NCBI GenBank assembly: GCA_964383635.1
Contig: CAYLIG010000006.1
Coordinates: 145,458-209,457 of the forward strand
Direction: 5' to 3'
DNA from: an uncultured Christensenella sp.
GTDB lineage: Bacteria; Bacillota; Clostridia; Christensenellales; CAG-138
DNA length: 64,000 nucleotides
Part shown: piece after piece, positions 18,788-27,913 of the stretch
Layout of the letters: every line of letters starts with the position of its first letter
How positions within the stretch are numbered: position 1 is the first letter of the stretch
The notes under the pieces: generated by a model
Database searches by the model: none
What the model was told of the DNA's origin: nothing
The model's input: only the letters and a program-made list of their open reading frames with translations
Translations under genes and position numbers: made by a program

Positions 18788-20262
18788 TGTTCTTTTTTCT
18801 CCATATACCCCATTAACTTTGCGTATGCGTCGTGCCACTGCTGCGTCTGCCGGCTTTCATACTTCTCCGTTTCAAACGAAGCGCGAACCACCGCGCGCAC
18901 ATCGTCCACCCCGCCTAGCTCACCAAGCGCAACGGCCTGCATGAGAAGGTTTCCGACGCAGGCGCTCTCCACCGGCCCGGCGACGACGTTCCTGCCGGTC
19001 GCGTCCGCTGCGAGCTGATTCATGAGCTTGTTTTTCGTTCCGCCGCCGACGATGTTGAGCGTATCGATCCGTCCGCCCTTCATCTGTTCCAGCGTTTCCA
19101 GCGCGAAGCGGTATTTCAGCGCGAGACTGTCGTAGATGCAGCGCGCAACCTCGCCAACCGACTGCGGAACGGGCTGGCCGGTGCGCTCGCAGAACGCCTG
19201 AATTTTCTTTTGCATGTTTCCGGCGGTATAAAAGCTCATATCGTCGGTGTCTATGATGCTCACAAGGCCTTCGCTCCTGCTCGCCTGCTCGTCGATTTCA
19301 TCATAACTCAAGAATGTGCCCTGTTTTTGCCAGTCCCTGCGGCACTCCTGAACGAGCCAGAGCCCCATGATGTTTTTCAGCAGGCGGAAGCTGCCCTGCA
19401 CGGTGCCCTCGTTTGAAAAATTCGCCTGAAACACGGCGTCCGACTTGACCGGTTTGTCGACTTCGACTCCAAAGAGCGACCATGTACCGCTCGAGCAGAA
19501 CGCGAAATTTCCTTCACCGGGGATGGCGGCGACCGCCGAGGCCGTGTCGTGCGAGCCAACCGCCGCAAACGGTACGCGGGAAATGCCGAGTTCTTCCGCG
19601 ACCGACGCGCGGATGGAGCCGCGCAGGGACCCTGCGAAATCCACATCCGTAAACACGTCCGCCGGAATGCCGAGCGCGCGCATGGTTTCGCCGTCCCAGC
19701 GGCGATTCTCGCCGTCGTAGAGCATGCTTGTTGTGGCGATGGTATACTCCGTCGCCAGTTCGCCCGTAAAGAAATAACCATACATGTCGGGCGAAAAAAG
19801 CAGCGTTTTCGCGTTCGCAAGCCCTGGATCGCCTTCCCGAACGCGCGCATAGAGCTGGTAGACCGTGTTGAACGGCATGCTCGCGATGCCGGTGCGTGAA
19901 AACAGCGTTTTCTGCGGCACAATCGCGTGCACGTCCGCCATACCGGCCTCCGTCCCGTTTCGATAGCAGCGGGAATTGCCCAGCAAAGCGCCGTTTTTGT
20001 CGATGAGGCCGAAGTCCACGCCCCAGGTATCAATGCCGAAGCAGTCCGCTTCCTGCCCATCGTGCTTGAGTTTGAGAAACGACTCCTTGAGCTGGCGGTA
20101 GAGACCCAGCGCGTCCCAGTAGTACAGCCCGTTTTGCTCCACCATGGGGTTATCGAAGCGGTGCACTTCGCTCAAAGCGATGCGCGCCCCGTCGAACGCG
20201 CCAAGCACTGCGCGTCCGTTTGACGCGCCAAGGTCAAACGCAAGCAGCCGCCTCGCGCTCAT
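18784..20262 (-). CDS. FGGY-family sugar kinase, rhamnulokinase-like (probable fuculose/ketose kinase)
   Basis: The N-terminus LLAFDLGASNGRAVLG...VHRFDN...QNGLYYWD parallels E. coli RhaB (AVDLGASSGRVML...IHRFNN...QNGYVTWD). Confidence 0.85.
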   Translation of the reverse strand: MSARRLLAFDLGASNGRAVLGAFDGARIALSEVHRFDNPMVEQNGLYYWDALGLYRQLKESFLKLKHDGQEADCFGIDTWGVDFGLIDKNGALLGNSRCYRNGTEAGMADVHAIVPQKTLFSRTGIASMPFNTVYQLYARVREGDPGLANAKTLLFSPDMYGYFFTGELATEYTIATTSMLYDGENRRWDGETMRALGIPADVFTDVDFAGSLRGSIRASVAEELGISRVPFAAVGSHDTASAVAAIPGEGNFAFCSSGTWSLFGVEVDKPVKSDAVFQANFSNEGTVQGSFRLLKNIMGLWLVQECRRDWQKQGTFLSYDEIDEQASRSEGLVSIIDTDDMSFYTAGNMQKKIQAFCERTGQPVPQSVGEVARCIYDSLALKYRFALETLEQMKGGRIDTLNIVGGGTKNKLMNQLAADATGRNVVAGPVESACVGNLLMQAVALGELGGVDDVRAVVRASFETEKYESRQTQQWHDAYAKLMGYMEKKEQ

Positions 20263-20705
20263 TTGATCACACCCTTTTGCAGAATAATGTTGGCATAGAT
20301 CGCTTCTTCGCCCGTCTGGACGATCACCGCGCAGGCGTCGGCCTTGTCATAGAAAGCGTATCGCTCATATTGGGCGACGGCATCCCCGCCGCGCGCGTCA
20401 TGTTTTGCAACGATTGCGCGGTATTCGTCGTGAATGGGAATCTTCATGCCTTTGTCGCGTACGTCAACATCCATCACCGCAGCCGGTTCGTCCGTATAAA
20501 GATCGAGCGGCATGATCTGCAGAATTGCCTCCAGCAGCGCGGGTATTCCCAGCCCGTCCGCGCGGAGAAACGTCGCCCCGCAGCGCTGCGCCGCGCTCTT
20601 GCCGGGGTAATTCGCATCCGCCAGCAGGATTTTATCGCCATGCCCCATTTCGCAGAGCGCCTTGATAAGCTCGGGAGAGAGTATTTTAGGAATATTCAGC
20701 AGCAT
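20259..20705 (-). CDS. fucU: L-fucose mutarotase (RbsD/FucU family)
   Basis: MLLNIPKILSPELIKALCEMGHGDKILLADANYP parallels E. coli FucU ([34 protein letters not shown]). The ATG at 20705 follows ggaggag. Confidence 0.85.
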   Translation of the reverse strand: MLLNIPKILSPELIKALCEMGHGDKILLADANYPGKSAAQRCGATFLRADGLGIPALLEAILQIMPLDLYTDEPAAVMDVDVRDKGMKIPIHDEYRAIVAKHDARGGDAVAQYERYAFYDKADACAVIVQTGEEAIYANIILQKGVIK

Positions 20706-20841
20706 ATGTTGTTTCTCCTCCATCGCCGCGATTCGCGCCGCCGACCGCTGGTCGGCGGTCGGCGGCGATACGAATCGCCACATTCATTGCGAATTTCGTT
20801 TCCCCCGGCGCAAAAGCGACGGGCAAAGCGGCCGCGATCTG

Positions 20842-22629
20842 TTACCGATACAGCGGGCCGTATGCGGCGCAGGCGCGGTAATCCGATCCTTCAAGGTCGG
20901 TTGTGCCGAACGCGCTCCATGCGGAGGGGCGGAACACGCGATCACTCGAAACGTTGTGCATGGAAACCGGGATGCGCAGCATAGACGCCATGGTGATCAG
21001 AAGATCGCCGATGTGCCCATAGCAGAACGCGCCGTGGTTTGCGCCCCAGTTCGCCATGACGCTGTATACATCCGTAAACGCGCCTTCGCCGGTCAGAATC
21101 GGCGCAAACCAGGTCGTCGGCCAGGTCTTGTCCGTGCGCTCGTCCAGCGTCTTGTGCACGTCCGGCTCCAGCTCGCAGGTATATCCCTCCGCCAGCTGCA
21201 GCACCGGGCCGAGTCCTTTGACGATGTTCAGGCGCGCCATGGTGACAGGCATATTGCCGCGCGTGCCGTTGATGAAATGCGAGGAATATCCGCCCCCACG
21301 GAAGTAGAACTGATCCGCCGCGCACCAGTCGGTCGCCTTGAGGCAGGCGTTGGCGTCCTGCTCGGTCATTTCATAAAACGGCTTGATAACCGGGTTGCCG
21401 TTTGCGTCCGAAGCAGCGCCGGTGCCGTCCAGCGAGGCCGCGCCGGAGTTGATCAGATGGATGATGCCGTCTTTGGCATAACCGGTGAGCTCTTTGCCGG
21501 TGACGCGCTTGACCGCGTCCGGGCTCCAGTAGGTGCGGACGTCCGCAAAGATGCCGGGCCGGTTGGTCAAAAGGTGCTCAAAGAGCATCGTCATGGCGTT
21601 GAGCGTGTCGTTTTCGGTGCCGAGCACGAACGCTTCGCGCCGTCCGTTCCAGTCGAACTGGCTGTTGAGCATGGCTTCCAGAAAGTCGAAGTTCGGCTTG
21701 TAGTCCGTCCACTGCCGCTGTCCCTGAATGCCGCCCACGATGGCGTTGTGTCCGCAGGATTCCTCGACAAAGCCGAGCTCGGCCAGGCGCGGGTTGCCGG
21801 CCATCAGATCGCGCACAATCATCATGCTCTTGACAACAAACTCCCACTGCGCATCCTTTTCCTCGCGTGAAAACTGGATGTCCGCCGGGTTTTTGTCGAT
21901 GCCCTCATGGCAGTTTTCCTTCGTCCACTTCAGCGCGCGCTCGAATTCCTCCGGATCATAGATGCCGTTGTCAATGCGGCGGAGAATCTCCGTCTCGTCC
22001 ACGCTCTCGCTGCGAAGACCGAAGTACTCATACATCGTTTCCTGGTCGAGAATGCTGCCCGCGATGCCCATGCACATGGAGCCAACTTGCAGGTAGCTGT
22101 TCTGGCGCATCTGCTTTGCCGCAAGGGCCGCCTGCGCAAAGAGCAGTATTTTGGAAGCGACATCCTCCGGGATGGATGTATCCGTCGCGTCCTTGACGTC
22201 GTGTCCGTAGATGCCGAACGCGGGCAGTCCCTTTTGTGAATGTGCCGCAAGCACCGCCGCGAGGAACACCGCGCCGGGACGCTCCGTTCCGTTGAATCCC
22301 CAGACGGCCTTGATCGTCAGCGGATCGAAGTCCATGACCTCCGTGGAATAGCACCAGCAGGGCGAAACCGTCAGCGTAACGCCGACGCCCGCTTTTTCAA
22401 ACTTTGCCTGACACGCGGCCGCTTCCTTTACGCCGCCGATGGTCGTGTCCGCAATGACGATTTCCACCGGGTCGCCGTTGGGATAGCGCAGATTGTCCGC
22501 GATCAGCTTTGCCGCGGCTTTCGCCATATTCATGGTTTGGTCTTCCAGTCCCTCGCGGACGCCGTTTCTGCGCCCGTCGATGCAGGGGCGAATGCCGATC
22601 TTCGGCAGGTCAATTGCATAGCGATTCAT
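20842..22629 (-). CDS. fucI: L-fucose (D-arabinose) isomerase
   Basis: 595 aa, near-colinear with E. coli FucI ([60 protein letters not shown]). RBS aaggagag. Confidence 0.92.
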   Translation of the reverse strand: MNRYAIDLPKIGIRPCIDGRRNGVREGLEDQTMNMAKAAAKLIADNLRYPNGDPVEIVIADTTIGGVKEAAACQAKFEKAGVGVTLTVSPCWCYSTEVMDFDPLTIKAVWGFNGTERPGAVFLAAVLAAHSQKGLPAFGIYGHDVKDATDTSIPEDVASKILLFAQAALAAKQMRQNSYLQVGSMCMGIAGSILDQETMYEYFGLRSESVDETEILRRIDNGIYDPEEFERALKWTKENCHEGIDKNPADIQFSREEKDAQWEFVVKSMMIVRDLMAGNPRLAELGFVEESCGHNAIVGGIQGQRQWTDYKPNFDFLEAMLNSQFDWNGRREAFVLGTENDTLNAMTMLFEHLLTNRPGIFADVRTYWSPDAVKRVTGKELTGYAKDGIIHLINSGAASLDGTGAASDANGNPVIKPFYEMTEQDANACLKATDWCAADQFYFRGGGYSSHFINGTRGNMPVTMARLNIVKGLGPVLQLAEGYTCELEPDVHKTLDERTDKTWPTTWFAPILTGEGAFTDVYSVMANWGANHGAFCYGHIGDLLITMASMLRIPVSMHNVSSDRVFRPSAWSAFGTTDLEGSDYRACAAYGPLYR

Positions 22630-22708
22630 AACTTTCTCTCCTTTTGTTCGGTTCTTTCTATTTTGATTCCGCCCCGGACAATGCCCGGCGGTTTTGTCCT
22701 CTTCTTTT

Positions 22709-23737
22709 CTACTCCTGACGAATGCGGTTATGCAGATAGCTTTTCAGGCGGATGACCTGCGGATGCGCCAGCTCTTCTCCCGCCATGCGTTTGAGCAGGA
22801 TCTCGCCGGATTTTTGCCCCATCAGCTGCGTCGGCTGCTCGACGATGGACAGCGAGGGCGAGACGATCCGGCAAAGCTCTACCGCGTCGAATCCAACAAA
22901 CCCGATATCCCCGCCAAGGACGATATTGCGCTCGTGTGCGGCGGTAACCGCGCCCATGGTCATGTCGTAGTTGGTCACGCAAAGCGCCGTCGGCGGGTTT
23001 GGCATGTCCATAAACTGGTTGAACAGCCGGTATCCCGACTCAAAATCGTACTGCCCGGTTCGGATGAGGCCGCCCGGCTCGCCGCCGTCCTGCGAACCCG
23101 GTTCAATTGCGATGCCGTAGTCCTCCAGCGCGCGCCGGTACCCGACCATGCGCTCGTTTGCCGTGGAGATATCCATCGGCCCTACGATAATGCCGATGCG
23201 CCTGTGTCCCGCGTTGATGAGCTGCTCCACCGCGTCATAGGTCGCGTTGAGGTTGTCGATGACGATGCTGTCGCACACAAAACCGGGAATCGTTCTGTCG
23301 ACAAGCACCATGGGCATTTCGCTGCCGCGCGCAGTACGGATTTTCTCGAGCTCCGCCGCGGTTACATGCTGCGCAACCAGCACGATCCCGTCTACATTGT
23401 TATTGCAGAGCACATGCAGCTTATCCAGCTCCAGATCACGGTTAAAGTCATAGCTGCAGGCAAAGGAAGTATACCCAGCCGCACGAAGCGTCCTGTCGAG
23501 CGAGGACAGCACGCTTCCAAAAAACGGCACGGACAGCGTCGGCATGACGACGCCGACCGTCATCGTTCGGTTCGTTTTGAGGCTTCTGGCGTTTCGGTTG
23601 ACCCGATATCCCAACGCCTGTACGGCCTCTTCGATCCTTCGCCGGTTTCCTTCACGAACGTTGCCGCCGTTTAAGTATTTTGAGATTGTCGCAAGCGATA
23701 ATCCCGATAGTTTTGATACGTCTTTGATCGTTGACAA
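22709..23737 (-). CDS. LacI-family transcriptional regulator
   Basis: N-terminal [27 protein letters not shown] and a periplasmic-binding-protein-like sugar-binding core. Confidence 0.9.
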   Translation of the reverse strand: MSTIKDVSKLSGLSLATISKYLNGGNVREGNRRRIEEAVQALGYRVNRNARSLKTNRTMTVGVVMPTLSVPFFGSVLSSLDRTLRAAGYTSFACSYDFNRDLELDKLHVLCNNNVDGIVLVAQHVTAAELEKIRTARGSEMPMVLVDRTIPGFVCDSIVIDNLNATYDAVEQLINAGHRRIGIIVGPMDISTANERMVGYRRALEDYGIAIEPGSQDGGEPGGLIRTGQYDFESGYRLFNQFMDMPNPPTALCVTNYDMTMGAVTAAHERNIVLGGDIGFVGFDAVELCRIVSPSLSIVEQPTQLMGQKSGEILLKRMAGEELAHPQVIRLKSYLHNRIRQE

Positions 23738-23907
23738 TGTAATACCCTGCCATACCGCTTCTGAAGGCGTTTTTTGGTTTTGCGTTTACGTTGCGTCAGT
23801 GGATAACCCCGTGCCGGAACTGTTTCTTTTGACGTTTTATCCAACTATTCAGAGAATAAAGATGATTTTTATAGGGCATCGGTCATAATATATAAGGAAA
23901 ATTTCAT

Positions 23908-23929
23908 CGCGAAACGTTTTTAGTTTCGC
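23908..23929. promoter_or_regulatory. inverted repeat CGCGAAAC-N7-GTTTCGC containing AAACGTTT (candidate LacI-type operator)
   Basis: Read directly, about 170 bp upstream of the LacI-family gene start. The central CG palindrome is typical of LacI/CcpA sites. Confidence 0.3.
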
Positions 23930-24064
23930 TTTATTTTAGCATTCTCAAAAACAAACTGTCAAGCCTAGCATCTATATTTTCGGAGTGATTTGGCGAAAAT
24001 TCACGATTCAGGCACGCGGCGGCAAGATAAAACGTGCCAATCCGGAAAACGCAGGCTTCTAAAG

Positions 24065-24076
24065 TGAAACGTTTCG
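24065..24076. promoter_or_regulatory. TGAAACGTTTCG near-perfect palindrome (candidate LacI/cre-like operator)
   Basis: GAAACGTTTC is an exact 10-bp palindrome and matches the cre-like pattern TGWAANCGNTNWCA at all but the last base. Confidence 0.3.
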
Positions 24077-24112
24077 CTGCATTTTAATTCAACTACGTTG
24101 ATTTGCCGAATA

Positions 24113-24148
24113 CAAAAGCCCGACGCCTTGTATGCGCGTCGGGCTTTC
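24113..24148 (-). terminator. intrinsic terminator after the small Pro-rich gene
   Basis: Stem agcccgacgc / gcgtcgggct; U-run on the minus transcript (forward aaaa at 24114-24117); 23 nt beyond the stop at 24171. Confidence 0.7.
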
Positions 24149-24170
24149 TCTCTTAATCAACAATGCGTAT

Positions 24171-24380
24171 TTACTTCTTCGCCCTTCCGGCAGGGGGAGA
24201 AAGAAGATTGCCGTCCTCGTCTTTCGGCGGTTCCGGCGGGCGCTTCCCGTTCGGCGGGGGAAGCGGCTTGCCGTCCTTGCCTTTCGGCGGTTCCGGCGGA
24301 CGCTTCCCGTTCGGCGGAGGCAGCGGCTTGCCGTCCCTGCCTTTCGGAGGCTCTTTCATCGTTTGTCCTTTTTCAATCAT
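24171..24380 (-). CDS. small Lys/Pro-rich tandem-repeat protein (69 aa)
   Basis: RBS aaaggaac lies upstream, and the gene has its own terminator. The 20-aa unit PPKGKDGKPLPPPNGKRPPE is repeated about 2.5 times. No signal peptide. Confidence 0.5.
   Translation of the reverse strand: MIEKGQTMKEPPKGRDGKPLPPPNGKRPPEPPKGKDGKPLPPPNGKRPPEPPKDEDGNLLSPPAGRAKK
24208..24350. repeat. 60-bp tandem repeat, ~2.4 copies (coding repeat of the Pro-rich ORF)
   Basis: Units start at 24208, 24268 and 24328 (ttgccgtcc...), with only a few substitutions between copies. Confidence 0.9.
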
Positions 24381-24866
24381 ATCGCATCGTTCCTTTCGGT
24401 TTGATCCTGCTGTTATTGAACAATTTAATCATGTCAAAACAACGTCGCTGCAGAGTACGAACATGTCATTTCTCTCCCTGATGCCGACGACTTTTCTGCA
24501 GGATACGCCGCATAGCAAAGCATCCTGAAATCATTTGGCGTCAAAGCTGCAAGCCTCTCCGCCCCAAAAATGCGCTTCGATTTAACATTCACCTGTAAAA
24601 TCGCAGTATTTTCTGAATATTTCACGTCAGTTTTCTCGCCGAAATATTTGCCTTGCTTGAAAAATGGGTGTATCATATATTTGGTGAAGATTGCGCGTGA
24701 TCTATCGAATCTGCCGGATTTTTGCCGCGTAGCGGCATATGCATTGGGTATGGAAGCTATACCCACGCCGATATAAACCGGCAAAAAGTACCTGAATATC
24801 AGCGGTTTGATGTTCTTTTTGCAGTTTTCCGTCCAGCATCCGTCAAATCCGTCTGACTCGATAGGG

Positions 24867-24896
24867 TTGACTTGTAAAAGTTGATTCTTATATCAT
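24867..24896 (+). promoter_or_regulatory. candidate pckG promoter TTGACT-18-TATCAT
   Basis: The hexamers were read directly, about 60 nt upstream of the start codon. Confidence 0.35.
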
Positions 24897-24956
24897 ATTT
24901 GCGAATAGCAATGAATAAAATGCAGTTTTATTTGAATGAAGAAAGGTGCCGAAACA

Positions 24957-26756
24957 ATGACTAACAACAAAAAGCTGCTCGCCTGGGTCAAGGAAGTCCA
25001 GGACATGTGCGAACCCGACCAGGTTTACTGGTGCGACGGTTCTGAAGAAGAGAACGATCGCCTGCTTGCCGAAATGGTGGCCAGCGGCGCCGCCACGGCG
25101 CTCAATCCCGAAAAGCGCCCCGGCTGCGTCCTGTTCCGCAGCGATCCTTCCGATGTCGCGCGCGTTGAAAACAGAACGTTCATTGCGAGCGTGAAGGAAG
25201 AAGACGCAGGCCCGACCAATAACTGGATCGATCCGGTCGAACTGAAAAAGACCATGAGCGCGCTCTATAAGGGCTCCATGCATGGCCGCACGCTGTATGT
25301 CATCCCCTTCTCGATGGGCCCCATCGGATCGCCCATCTCCAAGATCGGCGTTGAAATCACCGACAGCCCCTATGTTGTCACCAACATGCGCATCATGACC
25401 CGCATGGGCAACAAGGTGCTCGAGACGCTCGGCGACGAAGGCGAATTCGTGCCCTGCCTGCATTCCGTCGGCGCGCCGCTGGAAAAGGGTGAAACGGATG
25501 TTCCGTGGCCCTGCGCCCCGATCGAACAGAAATACATCAGCCATTTCCCCGAAGAGCGCCTGATCTGGTCCTATGGCTCCGGCTACGGCGGAAACGCTCT
25601 TCTGGGCAAAAAGTGCTTTGCACTCCGCATCGCGTCCGCTCAGGCGCGCGACGAGGGTTGGCTGGCCGAGCATATGCTCATCCTCCGGCTCACCGATCCC
25701 GAAGGCAACAAGACCTACATCACCGGCGCATTCCCGAGCGCCTGCGGCAAGACCAACCTGGCCATGTTGATTCCGACCATCCCGGGCTGGAAAGTTGAAA
25801 CCATCGGCGACGACATCGCCTGGATGAAATACGGCGCGGACGGTCGTCTCTACGCCATCAACCCCGAGTACGGGTTCTTCGGCGTCGCGCCGGGCACCTC
25901 GGACAGCTCTAACTACAACGCGATGCGCAGCATCGACAAGAACTCCATCTTCACCAACGTGGCGCTGACGGACGACGGCGACGTGTGGTGGGAAGGCATC
26001 GGTCACGACGCGCCCAAGCACCTGATCGACTGGAAGGGCAAGGATTGGTCGCCGGATACCGCCGAAGCGCCCGCCGCGCATCCCAACGCCCGCTTCACCG
26101 CGCCCGCCGGGCAGTGCCCCTGCATCGCGCCCGAGTGGGAAGATCCCGCCGGCGTGCCGATTTCCGCCATCCTGATCGGCGGACGCCGCCCGCACACCAT
26201 CCCGCTGGTGCACGAGAGTTTCGACTGGACGCACGGCATCTTCTCCGGCTCCATCATGGGTTCCGAGATCACCGCCGCCGCCATCTCCGCCAAGATCGGC
26301 CAGGTTCGCCGCGATCCGTTCGCGATGCTGCCGTTCATCGGCTATAACGTCTGCGATTATCTGCAGCACTGGCTCGACGTCGGCGCAAAGTCCACGCCGG
26401 ACAAGCTGCCGAAGATCTTCTACGTCAACTGGTTCCGCAAGAGCGACGAAGGCAAGTTCCTCTGGCCGGGCTTCGGCGAGAACAGCCGCGTGCTCAAGTG
26501 GATCGTCGAGCGCGTCAGCGGCAAAGTAGGCGCGGAGAAGACCGCCATCGGCTACCTGCCCAAGAAGGAAGACCTGTATCTCGAAGGGCTCAACGTCTCC
26601 GACGCGGCCATGGAAGAACTCTTCCATCTCGACAAACAAGAGTGGCTGGGCGAAGTCGAATCCATCAAGGCGCATTACGCCAACTATGGTTCGAAGATGC
26701 CCAAGGAGCTGGTTGAACAGCTCAAAGCGCTCGAAGAACGCGTCAACGCAATGTAA
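24957..26756 (+). CDS. pckG: phosphoenolpyruvate carboxykinase (GTP)
   Basis: GTP-PEPCK motifs: [12 protein letters not shown] (kinase-1a), [26 protein letters not shown], and [19 protein letters not shown]. The start at 24957 follows gaaagg; 24936 is also possible. Confidence 0.92.
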   Translation: MTNNKKLLAWVKEVQDMCEPDQVYWCDGSEEENDRLLAEMVASGAATALNPEKRPGCVLFRSDPSDVARVENRTFIASVKEEDAGPTNNWIDPVELKKTMSALYKGSMHGRTLYVIPFSMGPIGSPISKIGVEITDSPYVVTNMRIMTRMGNKVLETLGDEGEFVPCLHSVGAPLEKGETDVPWPCAPIEQKYISHFPEERLIWSYGSGYGGNALLGKKCFALRIASAQARDEGWLAEHMLILRLTDPEGNKTYITGAFPSACGKTNLAMLIPTIPGWKVETIGDDIAWMKYGADGRLYAINPEYGFFGVAPGTSDSSNYNAMRSIDKNSIFTNVALTDDGDVWWEGIGHDAPKHLIDWKGKDWSPDTAEAPAAHPNARFTAPAGQCPCIAPEWEDPAGVPISAILIGGRRPHTIPLVHESFDWTHGIFSGSIMGSEITAAAISAKIGQVRRDPFAMLPFIGYNVCDYLQHWLDVGAKSTPDKLPKIFYVNWFRKSDEGKFLWPGFGENSRVLKWIVERVSGKVGAEKTAIGYLPKKEDLYLEGLNVSDAAMEELFHLDKQEWLGEVESIKAHYANYGSKMPKELVEQLKALEERVNAM

Positions 26757-26781
26757 GAAACGCATATCACCATGCGATACA

Positions 26782-26820
26782 AGAGCGCATACCCTTTTCG
26801 GGTATGCGCTCTTTCGTTTG
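26782..26820 (+). terminator. intrinsic terminator after pckG
   Basis: 13-bp stem agagcgcataccc / gggtatgcgctct, loop ttttc, then ttcgtttg. Confidence 0.85.
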
Positions 26821-26889
26821 CTGAAAAACCGATGTTTCCACGAAAATATGCCTGTATATGCAAATAAAAAAATAGTTGAAACGAAATGA

Positions 26890-26918
26890 TTGACAGCGGA
26901 TTTTCTTTGTGATATATT
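26890..26918 (+). promoter_or_regulatory. sigma-A promoter TTGACA-17-TATATT (drives a ~280-nt leader of the Zn-ribbon gene)
   Basis: Consensus -35 element, 17-nt spacer and a good -10 element. Confidence 0.5.
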
Positions 26919-27204
26919 CATGCGGTATTCAAAATAATTGCTTTGACCGCACGTGCATGCCGTTCATCCGTTATTTGATGATCGTGTGCATGTGTTTTTT
27001 TGATAAGACCCCACAGCGCGAGCCGGCGGGGAATATTCATCGGGTCGAGGGCATCTTGAACGCGCGAAACAGACGAGCCTATTTCGTTTTTTACGAAGCC
27101 TCAAGCCGCCAACCCAAGCAAGGATGCAATCATTCACCTAACGGGAATGTGATTGAACGGGTACACCAGAACCAAAACCATCAAAAAACGAAAGAGGTAT
27201 TTCC

Positions 27205-27477
27205 ATGTTCAGCGACAAGACCATCGTCTGCAAAGATTGCGGACAAAGCTTCACCTTCACCGCCAGCGAGCAGGAATTCTACGCGGAAAAGGGTTTCACC
27301 AATGAGCCCCAGCGCTGCAAGTCCTGCCGTACGGCCCGCAAGCAGAGTTCTCCCCGTGGCGGCGGCGACCGTCAGATGTACGATGCGGTTTGCGCAAGCT
27401 GCGGCAAGCCCTGCAAAGTTCCCTTCCAGCCCCGTTCGGATCGTCCGGTCTACTGCAGCGATTGCTTCCGCAAGTAA
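27205..27477 (+). CDS. CxxC-x17-CxxC zinc-binding protein (two zinc-ribbon units)
   Basis: VCKDCGQSFTFTASEQEFYAEKGFTNEPQRCKSC and CASCGKPCKVPFQPRSDRPVYCSDC; RBS aaagagg. Confidence 0.8.
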   Translation: MFSDKTIVCKDCGQSFTFTASEQEFYAEKGFTNEPQRCKSCRTARKQSSPRGGGDRQMYDAVCASCGKPCKVPFQPRSDRPVYCSDCFRK

Positions 27478-27491
27478 TTGATTCGAAGCGC

Positions 27492-27523
27492 AAAGCGCCT
27501 TTCTTCGGAAAGGCGCTTTTCTT
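27492..27523 (+). terminator. intrinsic terminator after the Zn-ribbon gene
   Basis: 12-bp stem aaagcgcctttc / gaaaggcgcttt, loop ttcg, T-rich tail. Confidence 0.85.
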
Positions 27524-27562
27524 ATCTCCAGTTCTAATCTCTTAATCCCTATCTCTTATCCC
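27519..27562. repeat. short array of the CT-rich motif (core ATCTCTTA), ~3 degenerate units
   Basis: ttcttatctccagt / tctaatctcttaatccc / tatctcttatccc lies immediately after a terminator. It has the same core as the array at 31031-31193. Confidence 0.5.
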
Positions 27563-27608
27563 TTCCCTGTTTTCGTCCACCATCAAATCCCCGTCACAGA
27601 AACTTTGC

Positions 27609-27637
27609 TTTACAAATGCGAACATGTGTGCTAATCT
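27609..27637 (+). promoter_or_regulatory. candidate promoter TTTACA-17-TAATCT for the DEAD-box helicase leader
   Basis: The hexamers were read directly; the site implies a ~270-nt 5' leader. Confidence 0.4.
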
Positions 27638-27843
27638 GGCACAGTATTGTGATGCAGCAACCTCGCATGTGGCGCGAGGGTATACAATGTAACTCGAAAC
27701 GATGCAGTAAATTGAAGTTCGAACTCCCGTTGTCTGTCGCATTTATGATACGCCCCGGCAAGGACCTACAGCACTTGCCATACGGCTCGGAGCGTTCCGG
27801 CTCCGTCGTATCAATAGCGCACGACAACAGGACACCGTTATGG

Positions 27844-27884
27844 TAAGACGATGCCCGGTTTTGGTCGGCATGGTCTTATTTTTT
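27844..27884 (+). terminator. leader (attenuator-like) terminator 30 nt upstream of the helicase start
   Basis: Arms taagacgatgcc / ggcatggtctta (one G-G mismatch), an 11-nt loop, then tttttt. Confidence 0.5.
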
Positions 27885-27913
27885 ATGAACCGACGGAACA
27901 GAAAGAAAAGGAA

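Noticed and set aside
24434-24784. 116-aa minus-strand ORF; LTPNDFRMLCYAAY faintly recalls the tyrosine-recombinase HxLRH box
   Set aside because: The similarity is a single degenerate motif with no other integrase boxes. There is no RBS and the composition is odd. It is not supportable as a gene or a mobile-element remnant.
24888-26921. 677-aa ORF on the minus strand
   Set aside because: It is fully antisense to pckG, which has unambiguous PEPCK motifs. The product is Arg/Gly/His/Asp-rich with no motifs, which is the typical high-GC antisense artefact.
27700-27740. tRNA-like T-loop sequence (agttcgaactcc)
   Set aside because: The flanking sequence cannot form acceptor, D or anticodon stems. 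It lies inside the helicase leader.
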